Assembly (NCBI RefSeq): GCF_963921235.1
Contig: NC_086097.1
Span: 163,744,001 to 163,808,000, forward strand
From: Mobula hypostoma
Lineage: Eukaryota
DNA: 64,000 nt
Reading direction: 5' to 3'
Below are positions 26,694-38,369 of the stretch, piece after piece. Position numbers and translations under genes: made by a program. Under the pieces are notes generated by a model. It saw only the letters and a list, made by a program, of their open reading frames with translations, had not been told where the DNA came from and ran no database searches. Within the stretch, counting starts at the first letter, position 1. The number at the start of each line of letters is the position of its first letter.

Positions 26694-28656
26694 CCTCCTA
26701 CCCAAGATCCACAAACCTGCCTGTCCTGGCCGACCTATTGTCTCAGCTTGCTCCTGCCCCACCGAACTCATTTCTGCATACCTCGACACTGTTTTATCAC
26801 CCCTTGTTCAATCCCTTCCGACCTATGTTCGTGACACATCTCACGCTCTTAAACTTTTCGATGATTTTAAGTTCCCTGGCCCCCACCGCTTTATTTTCAC
26901 CATGGATGTCCAGTCCCTATATACTTCCATCCCCCATCAGGAAGGTCTCAAAGCTCTACGCTTCTTTTTGGATTCCAGACCTAATCAGTTCCCCTCTACC
27001 ACCACTCTGCTCCGTCCAGCGGAATTAGTCCTTACTCTTAATAATTTCTCCTTTGGCTCCTCCCACTTCCTCCAAACTGAAGGTGTAGCTATGGGCACCC
27101 CTATGGGTCCTAGCTATGCCTGCCTTTTTGTTGAGTTTGTGGAACAATCTATGTTCCGTGCCTATTCTGGTATCTGTCCCCCACTTTTCCTTCGCTACAT
27201 CGACGACTGCATTGGCGCTGCTTCCTGCACGCATGCAGAACTCGTTGACTTTATTAACTTTGCCTCCAACTTTCACCCTGCCCTCAAGTTTACCTGGTCC
27301 ATTTCCGACACCTCCCTCCCCTTTCTAGATCTTTCTGTCTCTGTCTCTGGAGACAGCTTATCCACTGATGTCTACTATAAGCCTACTGACTCTCACAGCT
27401 ATCTGGACTATTCCTCTTCTCACCCTGTCTCTTGCAAAAACGCCATCCCCTTCTCGCAATTCCTCCCTCTCCGCCGCATCTGCTCTCAGGATGAGGCTTT
27501 TCATTCTAGGATGAGGGAGATGTCTTCCTTTTTTAAAGAAAGGGGCTTCCCTTCCTCCACTATCAACTCTGCTCTTAAACACATCTCCCCCATTTCACGT
27601 ACATCTGCTCTCACTCCATCCTCCCGCCACCCCACTAGGAATAGGGTTCCCCTGGTCCTCAGCTACCACCCCACCAGCCTCCGGGTCCAACATATTATTC
27701 TCCGTAACTTCCGCCACCTCCAACGGGATCCCACCACTAAGCACATCTTTCCCTCCCCCCCTCTCTCTGCATTCCGCAGGGATCGCTCCCTACACAACTC
27801 CCTTGTCCATTCGTCCCCCCCATCCCTCCCCACTGATCTCCCTCCTGGCACTTATCCGTGTAAGCGGAACAAGTGCTACACATGCCCTTACACTTCCTCC
27901 CTTACCACCATTCAGGGCCCCAAACAGTCTTTCCAGGTGAGGCAACACTTCACCTGTGAGTCGACTGGGGTGATATACTGCGTCCGGTGCTCCCGATGTG
28001 GCCTTTTATATATTAGCGAGACCCGACGCAGACTGGGAGACCGCTTTGCTGAACATCTACGCTCTGTCCGCCAGAGAAAGCAGGATCTTCCAGTGGCCAC
28101 ACATTTTAATTCCACATCCCATTCCCATTCTGACATGTCTATCCACAGCCTCCTCTACTGTAAAGATGAAGCCACACTCAGGTTGGAGGAACAACACCTT
28201 ATATTCCGTCTGGGTAGCCTCCAACCTGATGGCATGAACATCGACTTCTCTAACTTCCGCTAAGGCCCCACCTCCCCCTCGTACCCCATCTGTTACTCAT
28301 TTTTATGCACACATTCTTTCTCTCACTCTCCTTTTTCTCCCTCTGTCCCTCTGAATATACCTCTTGCCCATCCTCTGGGTCCCCCCCCTTGTCTTTCTTC
28401 CCGGACCTCCTGCCCCATGATCCTCTTGTATCCCCTTTTGCCTATCACCTGTCCAACTCTTGGCTCTATCCCTCCCCCTCCTGTCTTCTCCTATCATTTT
28501 GGATCTCCCCCTCCCCCTCCAACTTTCAAATCCCTTACTCACTCTTCCTTCAGTTAGTCCTGACGAAGGGTCTCGGCCTGAAACGTCGACTGCACCTCTT
28601 CCTACAGATGCTGCTTGGCCTGCTGCGTTCACCAGCAACTTTGATGTGTGTTGCTT
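26694..28656 (+). mobile_element. 5'-truncated young Penelope-like retroelement (RT + GIY-YIG endonuclease)
   Basis: Open frame to 28263 with RT motifs (MDVQSLYTSIP, GVAMGTPMGP, RYIDD) and GIY-YIG-type endonuclease (GVIYCVRC..C.LLYISET...RFAEH...GMN); 11-bp TSD CTAATGTGCTA at 26683-26693 and 28657-28667. Confidence 0.92.
28555..28592 (+). ncRNA. Minimal type I hammerhead ribozyme motif (intact core)
   Basis: TAGTC-CTGACGA-AGGGTCTCGGCCT-GAAA-CGTC^GACTG, about 290 nt after the Penelope ORF stop; predicted cleavage after 28587. Confidence 0.8.
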
Positions 28657-28904
28657 CTAATGTGCTAGTCCTAAGATAGACCCTCTGACATGATAATGCC
28701 CAGGAATTTTAAGTTAGTATTCCACCTCCAATTCTCTAATGAGCACTCGCTTATGAACCCCTGATTTCTTCCTCCTGCAGTCAATAATTAGCTTTTTGGT
28801 TTTGCTGATGTTGAATTGAAAGGTTGTTGTTCTGGTACCATTCAACCAGATTTTCAATCTCCCTCCTATATGCTGAATCTCACCATGTTTAATTTGGCCA
28901 CAGC

Positions 28905-29135
28905 GGTTTCAGCCCAAGACTCTTCATCAGGACTGTAAAGGAACGGGGAGGAAGCCAGAATATGAAGGTGGGGGAAAAGGGAAGGAATGCAAACTCGAAG
29001 GTGATAGGTGAAGCCAGGCAAAGGGGGAGGGAGCATGGAGGTGATAGGTAGAAAATGTGAATGGCTGAGCAAGAAGGAACCAGATAGGAGATGAGAGTCG
29101 GCCATAGGAGAAAGGGAAGGAGGAGGGGCATGATC
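28905..29135 (-). mobile_element. Penelope-like 3' fragment
   Basis: Minus strand CAGTC-CTGATGA-AGAGTCTTGGGCT-GAAA at 28907-28935, truncated just after GAAA. Confidence 0.65.
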
Positions 29136-30992
29136 CAGACTTTTAGCATCAAATGAGAGGGTAAAATGTAGAAAGTAGTCGTGCTTCAAGCAAAACTTGA
29201 AATTAGAAGGAATTTTAAACAAATATGTATGGAACAAAAAAAATGTAAAGTACTGGAAGATATCCAGAAGGTTTTCTGCTGAGAGAACAGGGCTAACAGG
29301 GCAACAGAGAACAAGAGAGAGCTTTGGGTCAATGACCTTTCACCCTGAAGACATGGAATAGATTTTCTGGCTGAATAAAATGTTACTGTTACATAATTTA
29401 ACTCATTTTTAAAAATTAAATTTGAGGGATGTGATTAAGGAGTATTAGCAAAGTTAGAATAACTGGAAGCTGCCTGTGGCATCCTGACTCCATAGAATTA
29501 ACAGACCTATGGGAAGGGTTGGAACATATAATGAAAGATAAATGTTATCATGGTGTTTTGAGTAATCAAAAAGTGGAGCTTGCATCCAGAGGGAAGAATA
29601 TAGTCGACATGGGCATGTAGGTTTAAGGGGCTGTTTCTGTGCTAAGTGACTCCATGATGAGTGAAAGAGGGTGCAAGTTACCTTGAAAAAAGTAACAAGT
29701 TATATGGGATTACACTTTGAAATAAAATGCCAAGAGAGGAAAAGTTATGTTGGATATTTTTGGTAACTGCATCTGTGACTCTATTAATACAAAATAGAAG
29801 TAAAATAGAAAATGCTGGATGTACTCAGGAGGTCAGGCAGCATCCAGGCAAAGAGAAATTATGGTTAGGTTGAAGCTTCGACAGAAGGATCTTTGATCTG
29901 AAGCATTAACTAGATGCTGCCTGAACTGCTGAATATTTCCACCATTTTCTTTTAGAATTTCAGACTTCCAGAATTTGCATTTTTTTCTCATATTTTAATA
30001 TGTTTGAAATTGTTTTTCTGTTTCCATTGAAGAAATAGACTTTTCCAATTCCTTGTTTAAACTGTTGTAATAGAGAAGTGCCTGGGAACATTGTGTGGTG
30101 GGTACTGATCTGAAGATAAGGAACAAGATGAATACCTCTCAAAATAAGATGATTTTCACTATCTTCCAGGTGTGGTACTTGCCAATTTTGTAGTCTGCCA
30201 AGTTACCGGGGAATCTTTCATTGCACTTCATTTAAGTTGATTATATACCTCATGGATGGTGTTGAAAGACTAAATGTGCAAAGATGTAGATCTGCAAGTT
30301 AACATGTTATGATGGAGGAACAACCTCTAAATAGAAAGAGGAATACGGTATATATTGTGTTCCACTGTCAGCCTCGGTGAACACTCGCAATTTATGTGAG
30401 GATAACAGTCATCATTATGTAAAAAAAGAAGTGGTACTTAGAGTTTATTCAATGCAGACAACAGTAGTATTCCATAAAGATCACTGATATTACACGTAAT
30501 TTCTGTAAATGATTTGGATATTGGGGTAAATAAATTAGTATCTCAGTTTGTTGATGATGTCAAGCTAAGAGACTCAGCTAATACTGAGGAAGAATAGAAT
30601 ATAATTAGGAAGCCTATAGATAGCTAATAACGTGGGAAATTAAGTTCACCATTGAAAAAGGTGAGATAATAAGATAAATAGAAATGTCAGCTGAACTTCA
30701 TAAAATAAAGAAAGATCAAATAGGAAAGAAGAGCAAACGGTCCAATGTGAATTTATGAACAAATTATTAATCGTAGCAGTGCTGAACAATTTAAAATGGT
30801 AACAAATTATAGGGGATTACTCCAAGGAATGAAGTGTCCAGAAAGGAAAAAATTATGTTGGACACTTTTCGTAACCTCATCAGGTTAAGTAATCTGCATG
30901 GTTCCCATTTCCGTGGCATAAATAAGAATGTAGAAATACTAAAGAAACCGTGGAAATAAATTTACAGGAATGGTACTGGTATTTTAATTATA

Positions 30993-31561
30993 CAGTTTTG
31001 TATGAAAGTCTTAGGCACATATACTGTATATAGCTAAGATGCACAGTACTGTAGTAATTCTATGTATTCATCTGCACTGCTGCTGCTGCAAAAAAAATTC
31101 ATGGCATATACAAGTGATGATAAACCTGATTCTGATATGGGTCTCTATTGTGGAAGGGGTCAGGGAGAGCGGAATCATGGTTGGGAAAATTGGAAGTGAG
31201 CGGGGAGGGAGTGTGAAGCACCAGAGAGACATTCTGTAAGATCAACAAACCAATTGTTTGGAATCAAATGTCAAACTCGCTCTGCACTCCATGTTGACAA
31301 ATACAGTACTGCACAAAAGTCTTAGGCACATATACAGTACATAGCCTGTAAAATATACTAAAATTTGGCAGGAGGAAAGGATGTTGGGAATGGTGAGAGT
31401 GGGTTTAGGATAGGTGGCAGAGAAGGAATGCCAGGGATGGTGGATGGCACACCCAGCCCTGAGACACCAAGCAAAGTCATTTGATTCCAAACAATTGTGT
31501 AAAAGTCTCAGGCACTCTAGCTATAAACAGTATGTATGCCAAAGACTTTAGCACAGTACTG
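30993..31561. mobile_element. Tc1/mariner-type non-autonomous element (MITE-like)
   Basis: Several copies of CAGTACTG(T/C)GCAAAAGTCTTAGGCAC-like termini (30993, about 31304, about 31495) and reverse copies ending GCACAGTACTG (31051, 31561); TA precedes the first copy; perfect internal 20-bp inverted repeat at 31251-31270 / 31478-31497. Confidence 0.6.
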
Positions 31562-33231
31562 GAACTGTTTGGAGAATTAAGAGATTGGAATCCTTTCCTA
31601 TAGAAAATAGGAGAAATGGCGGACTTTTGACACAGGCATATTACCATTATGAATGTGTTAGATGTTTCTTCACAGGAGAATCTTAAAAGCAGGGACAATA
31701 AACAATGGGAGCTACATATTGGGGTCAGTATGAAGCACTGAGGTGTTATGGACTCTGTTATATTAATTCACCCTAGAATCAGAGCATAAAGCATAGAACA
31801 ATACGGTAAAGAAATGGGCGCTTTGTCCCTGATGTTTGTGTCGAACAAGATGCAGAGTTAAACTAAAGTCCTTCTGCCTGCTGATGATCCATATCCCTCC
31901 ATTCCTTGCATATTTTATCTAAAAACATCATAAAAACTACTGTGGCTGTGAGACTAATAAATATCCTGCCACCTCCACCACTTCATCACTAGGACGGCGA
32001 GCAGGTTACTGTTTAGTTTTGTGTGCTGAGCACTTTGCGTTATATTTTGTTAACGTTTGTAATAATATTTTAATTTATTTGCTATGTGTAATATATGTAT
32101 TACGGGATGTTGTTTTATTTGGGTGTACATATGTACAGACAGATAACAATAAACTTAACTTGAACTGAAGGCTATTTCCTTTCACCTTGGCAGCCTGTTG
32201 TGGGCAGCTGTGCTTTCTGAGTTCCTCCAGCACTGTGTGTATTGCTCAGCATCCTGGCCTATACCCTTTCCTAAGTGTCCACATCCTTCCTGTAATGGAA
32301 CAGATTCCTAGAATAGCATGGAATCATCGAGTCAAACAGCAGAGAAACACACCACCAGAGCACTGCAAATTCATTCCCTTCTGACACTAATCTAACTCAC
32401 TTTTCATTGTTACAACTAAATCAGCTTCTGCTGCTACTCCTGGCAATGCATTCCAGACTCTATAACAAAATTCCTCTTATCACTGTTGGGTTTTTGCCAA
32501 TTTTCTCCATTCTATATCCCTAAACTCTTGACTCCTCTGCCAATGGGTGTGAAGATAAATCCCCCTCAGATCTGCTCTGAACATCCAACCTTAAACCAAT
32601 GCCTATAAAAAAAACTTTTTAAAATCTTGGCATTTTATCACAGATTATAAGGTAGACATGACTCAGGTAACTTGTTCAGCAGTGTGACCTAGCCATTAGC
32701 AATTCAGCTACTCCTCAAAAAACAAGAAGTTTAAAATCAATAATCATGTATAAAGTGTAGAAGTGCAAATCAGCTTACAAATTCTGTGCTGATTTGTCTT
32801 AGTGAAGATTACAACTGTGCAGGGGATCAGGTTACCATTGACATCAACTTCTAGATTTCCAGAATTCATTGTGGCAGATGTTGTTGTCAGTATTAACAGC
32901 AGTGATGGTGGGCTGTCAGTTTTAGTGTCAATATGACTGCAAGTTCTAGGCCAAGGTATTTAATAATAAATCCAGTAGGGAATAAACGTTTTATTTTATT
33001 TATTGATTGTAAATAAGTTGGTTTTAAAGAACGTAGTTAAAATACAACAATGAGCTCAAAATATCTCAGCCTGGAATTTAGTCTGCCTGTAGCTTTGATA
33101 TGAAAATACTTTGTAGAGACTTCTTATTATTTTATTCAGTTTCATTTCACCAATTCCACTGTTTCTGATATTCAATTCCTATTGTATGGCCTGTAAAAAT
33201 TTTATGTTTGAACAAAATGTAATGTACACTC

Positions 33232-33912
33232 TGGGAGGAGGAGAAGATGGTGGTGTGACGGCAGCGCGTGCAGCCTCTCCGGTGAATGAATGATATCTGT
33301 AATCTGTCAAGTAGGGGACCGTGCACAATTCTGATTTGATGGAGACGGACGTGAGAGTATGGAGGAACATCTGGAAAACTTCCGAAATGCCCGCTACTGT
33401 GTGGTTAACCAGAATCTCTGGAGCAGACGGACCCAAATCCTTGGCTTTGCTTGATTTAGCGGCTGGGGCGAGGTCGAAGGCGCTCGGCAGAGGATATCGC
33501 TCGGGAGACTGTATCGGGGGGGCTGGTTGGAGGCTCGAAGTTTTCAGACGGACGGACGGACTCAGTGTCGACTGCGGTCGGCTGCTTCCAAGGCATCGGC
33601 AAGTTGACGGTGCCTGGAGGTTTATGGCAGGGAGTTTCTCACTTTTGCTGCCGCTATCGGGGACTCGGGAGTCGATCGACTCGGGGACTTTGAGACTATT
33701 TTTACCGTGCTCATGGTTTGTTCTTCATCAAATTATGGTATTGCTTTGCACTGCTGTAATTATATGTTATAATTATGTGCTTCTGTCAGTGTTAGTCTTT
33801 GGTTTGTCCTGTTTTCTGTGATATCACTCCGGAGAAACATTGTATCATTTCTTAATGCATGTATGCATTTCTAAATGACAATAAAAGAGGACTGAGTGTT
33901 CTCATAATCTAA
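33232..33912 (+). mobile_element. CpG-rich non-coding retroposon with GGAGGAGGAGAAGATGG head
   Basis: Sharp GC/CpG contrast with flanks; 3' AATGACAATAAA and (TAATC)-type tail; the 166-aa ORF has no recognisable motif. Confidence 0.55.
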
Positions 33913-34539
33913 TGTGTTAAGCTTTTGGGACAAATATGAATAAATAACAAGATGGTAAATGAATGTTAAGATCCTCAAAGCCAAGCTTCATGCTGTGTTT
34001 TTATTAAGGAAAGTAAACACCAGCTGCGTTGTTCAATACATATTCAATTTCTTCCTGGACCATAATAGTTGAAATATGCAGCCATTGTCTTTCCTCTAAG
34101 ATTTATGTATGTTATTGTTTCAAATGTATACATAGAAGATCACAGAGGAATCAATATGTATGGTGTGGCTGGTCAACACCGTGTAATACACCAGCTGTTA
34201 CACTTTTAGCATGGTAATATTTTTCTCCCCCTCTCTCTCTCCACCTACTCTCTGTTATTAGATCTTTCCACTATGGTAAATTCTTTTCTTTCCTGCGATA
34301 TTTTGTCCTGTATCTTAGTTTTTCTTTTTTAATTTTTCTTTTTTTTTAGTTTTTCATTTAGTCTTCTTTTTCTGTCCCTTCAAACGTCTTTCTTGGGCTG
34401 AAACGTCTGGCAGGAAGTTCTGATGCTGGGTTTCCACCCAAAGCGTCGGCAGTTTCTTTACCCCTGTAGTTGCTGCTCAACCTGCTGAATTGCTTCGGAG
34501 ATTGCCACCCTGAATGTCTTCCAAGAAAATGATTCAGAG

Positions 34540-35290
34540 TTTAATCCAGGCAAGAGTGAAGTGTTGCACTTTGGTAAGTCAAATAAAAGGGGACGGTGCA
34601 AAGTTAATGATAGGCCCCTAAACAGCTTGGAGGTACAGTGAGAGCTTGAGGTTCATGTCCATAGTTCATTGAAAGTAGCTATGTAATGGATAAGGTGGTG
34701 AACAAGGTGTATAACGTGTTTTCCCTCATTAGTCAGTATGTTGAATATCGGAGTAAGGAAGTCATGCTACAGCTACATAAAACTTTAGTCAGACCACACT
34801 TGGAGTATTGGTGTGGTTTTGGGTCCTTTATGGGAAGATACAAAAGAGGTTTACCAAAGACATTGCCTGGATTAGAGGGTATGAGCTACCAGGAAAATTT
34901 GGACAAATCTTAGGTTGTTCATCTCAGAGTGATGGAAGCTGAGGGAAGCTCAGACAGATGTTTTTATAATTATGAGAGGCATAGATAGGGTAGACAGTCA
35001 GAATCTTTTCCCCAGGGTAGAAATACTAACCACCAGAGAACATGTTTTAAGGCTAGTAAGGTGAAGTTTAAAGATGGGGTGAAAGTTTTTTACGCAGAAA
35101 GTGATAAGTGTCTGTAATGTACCGGGGTAGTAGTGAAAGCAGGAAGTTTGGAGTGTGAGGCTTTTAGGTAGACATATGAATATGAAAGGAATGGAAAGAT
35201 ATAGATAAAACAAAGGAGGAGGACATATAGTACAAATTAGCAACAAGGTAGGCAGAATATTGTGCTGTTCTGTTCTGTGTGCTATGAGAT
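34540..35290 (+). mobile_element. CR1 3' fragment
   Basis: VEYRSKEVMLQLHKTLVRPHLEY; CR1 3' tail. Confidence 0.75.
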
Positions 35291-35759
35291 CTGATTGCAA
35301 CATTGACAGAATTGTCCTCCTTGGCGGTACAACTGAGCAGTAGATTTCCAATAGAATATATGTACTTTGCCCTGAGAACTCAACTACCAACAGGGAGTAT
35401 AAAAATACATCTCAGGGTCAATGACAGGACTGCAAGGAATTCAGAACGATGTAAAAATAAGATTGTGGTGTCCATCTCTTTAAAAGTGGACTTATTAGCC
35501 CTATTTCCATGTTTCCACTTACAACACCTCCAGTATTAACCTGTGGAATTTATTTCATTCTCTTGTAGACTGACAAGGGTAGAATGTTTATGTTGTTGCT
35601 CTGTCATCATAAATTGAGTAGCATTTAAGGTGAATAAGTGGGGCCCAGTACATCTTCAGGGATAGCTACAAATCCTGAGGATTGGATTTGCATTTTACTT
35701 ACAGTTGAAGAAGTGATATAAAATTTTCTTTCAAGTGGCCAAGGCAAGCCCCATTAAGA

Positions 35760-36115
35760 AAGAATCAGAATCAGGTTTATTATCACAGGCATGTGTCATG
35801 AAATTTGTTAACTTAGCAGCAGCAGTTCAATGAAGAAGAAGAAAAATAATAATAAATCAATTACGGTATACGTATATTGAATAGATTAAAAATCGTACAA
35901 AAACGGAAATAATATATATTTAAAAAGTGAAGTAGTGTTCACGGGTTCAATGTCCATTTAGGAATTGGATGGCAGAGGGGAAGGAGCTGTTCCTGAATCG
36001 CTAGTGTGTGCCTTCAGGCTTCTGTATCTCCTACCTGATGGTAACAGTGAGAAAGGGGCATGCACTGGGTGCTGGAGGTCCTTAATAATGGATGCTACCT
36101 TTCAGAGTCACCGAG
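35760..36115 (-). mobile_element. Rex1/Babar-like 3' end
   Basis: Near-copy of 17395-17760 with GAATCAGAATCAGGTTTATTATCAC tail. Confidence 0.7.
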
Positions 36116-36939
36116 GACAGGTACAGGTTAAAGTTAGATGTTGAGGTTTGATAGTAATCCATTGCATACAGATTTCGGGTCAAGCTTGCAATGTACAGTC
36201 CCTCAATGACAGCACCTCATTGTGTGCACTGGTGACCAAGGCCAGGGTGTCCCATCGGTTTTATAGATGGAACAGCTTCAATATTCATGACCAATGTGGT
36301 TCAATATTTATACCTGGAATAAAATGTTGTGATTTGCTGACAAGTAATATAAGCTAATGTGAGAGGTAAGGACAGGGACTCCAAAATTGGTAACTCTCTT
36401 TTTATTCCCCACTTGTTTGATAAAATTGCTCAGGAATGCATCCATTAGGCAAAGGACACACTGCTATTCCTCGGACTTCTGTTGAGCTTTGTAATTCAGT
36501 TTAAGATTCCACTGGGTTCATCAGCTGATTGGTGTTTATTTTCAGCTTAGCCTACAGAGAGAAGCATTCATCCAACAATCCCTGGAGCCCCAGTAGATAT
36601 CATTAAGATAATATAGTCATTTTATTTCAGACTGAGGCAAAAGGGAAGTAATCAATTTGGAGCAAAGATGTGATAGGCAAATTGCAATTACATTTTTTTA
36701 AAATCAGAACGATGAAATAAAGGTAGAATCCTCCCCAGGGTGTGTTATGTCTGATTTCCAGGTAATTAGTTAGGGCGCCTCTTTCTGAAAACCTTGATGC
36801 AAATTAAAGGAAAGAGAAAATAAATGGATATTACAGAACAGGTGCAAGTTTGACAGTAAATCCACAGTAGATTAGAGAACAGTTAAAATGTGTGGAAAGA
36901 TTTTCCAGTGGGACACTTAATCAAGAGTTATATCACAAT

Positions 36940-38130
36940 ATGTTCCCGTTCTAATTAAAAGGGCCTATGTAAAAATTGCCGTGTAGCTGAAGACTGCAGT
37001 GAATGGTGTAATGTATGGATCTGTTTCCTTTAGAGTAATTACCCCCCTCGTAGCACTTCATATTCATTGGTTGCCTGCACATATGCTGTTGTCTACGCAT
37101 GCACATTGTTCTCTCTTTCAGCAATGTAAACACACTAGTTAAAGCCATCTCTCGCATATGTACTTTTATTTAATTGATATACAGTTGTGAACAATCACAG
37201 CAAATCAGCAACGAGTATGAAGCTGAATGTCTGAAAATATCACGAACTGCACCGACGGTTCTGGCACAATTACGAGACGAGACAGCGAGGGAAGGCTGTC
37301 ACACATGAGTAACAGTGAAAGACGTAGCTTCAGTCAGCAAAGTTGATGAACTTAATAGTGCTAATGAAGGCTGAGAATTGTATGTTGAGAAGGTTGGACT
37401 GTATTGTAATATGAACAACATGTAGAAGCAGAAGAAAGCCCCTGCATTTGTGGCTTAATAGGTGCAAGAACGTACAGTCTCTTACACAATTTAGTAATCC
37501 CTGAAAAGCCAACAAGCAAGATGTTCGGTGAAATTGTTACAATTTTAAAAAATCCCTTGAGCCCTAAACCACTGGTAATAGCTGAGAGATTTAAATTTTA
37601 TAAAAGGAACCAGTCAAAAGGTGAAAGACTTTCTGAATACATTGCAGAAATGCACAAACTTTCTGTCACTTTTGAGATGTACTTTCTGATGGATTAAGGA
37701 AGAGGCTTATATGTGGCATGCATAGTCAAAGCACTCAAATAAGATTACTGGCTGAAAGAAACCCAACCTTAGAACAGGCATTGGCCAGCACAAGGTGGAC
37801 AACTTTCTTTATGTATATTGGAACTCTGTTGATGCACCAACAAATGAAATACCTACAATAGTGTTCATGAGCAGGCATCTTAGATCTTGCATTGGCCTCC
37901 TGAAACCAAACCTCCAGAGGGAAGTACAGAATAAACAGTTCAGCCAGTTGCCACATGAAGCAGCAAGTGATTACTGAAAAGACAGGTGGACACCCAGTAG
38001 GAGAGCTACAAAAACCAGACCACTGATGTACACAATGGATGTTCATAATCAGACATGCAGACATCATGTGGGCCAAACTGAAGAGTACCCCTGAGTCAAT
38101 TGAATCCAACAAGACAGAAGCAGTCTGACA
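36940..38130 (+). mobile_element. Degenerate, internally deleted Mag-type Gypsy LTR element relic
   Basis: About 37490-37785 translates LLHNLVIPEKP...LSPKPLVIAERFKFYKRNQSKGE...LICGM...LLAE..PTLEQAL (gag); then DNFLYVYWNSVDAPTNEIPTIVFMSRHLRSCIGLLKP (integrase C-terminus). The upstream LTR-like portion is less certain. Confidence 0.65.
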
Positions 38131-38369
38131 AATGCCAATGCATTACATCCTTGCATTTATATTCGATTCGTCTCAAAATGAATGCTAACATTGCACTTAC
38201 CTTCTTCACCACTGACTGACTTTGGCCTATTTTATCATGTGCCATCATGTTCTTCAGGCAAAATGGTGCCAGTGTTACAAAACTACTTCTTAGAGTCATG
38301 AAGTCATAGATTTATAGAAAAATAAAGCACAGAAACAGGCCTTTCCTCCCAACTAACCGTGCCAAGAAA

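Larger units (their letters stand above)
26070..28900 (-). mobile_element. Rex1/Babar-like fragment hosting the Penelope insertion (pieces about 26070-26693 and 28657-28900)
   Basis: KKAASIIKEPLHPGHALFSLLPS; sequence colinear across the TSD. Confidence 0.7.

Noticed and set aside
33321..33821. 166-aa ORF
   Set aside because: Non-ATG start inside a GC-rich repeat, with no motifs or splice support.
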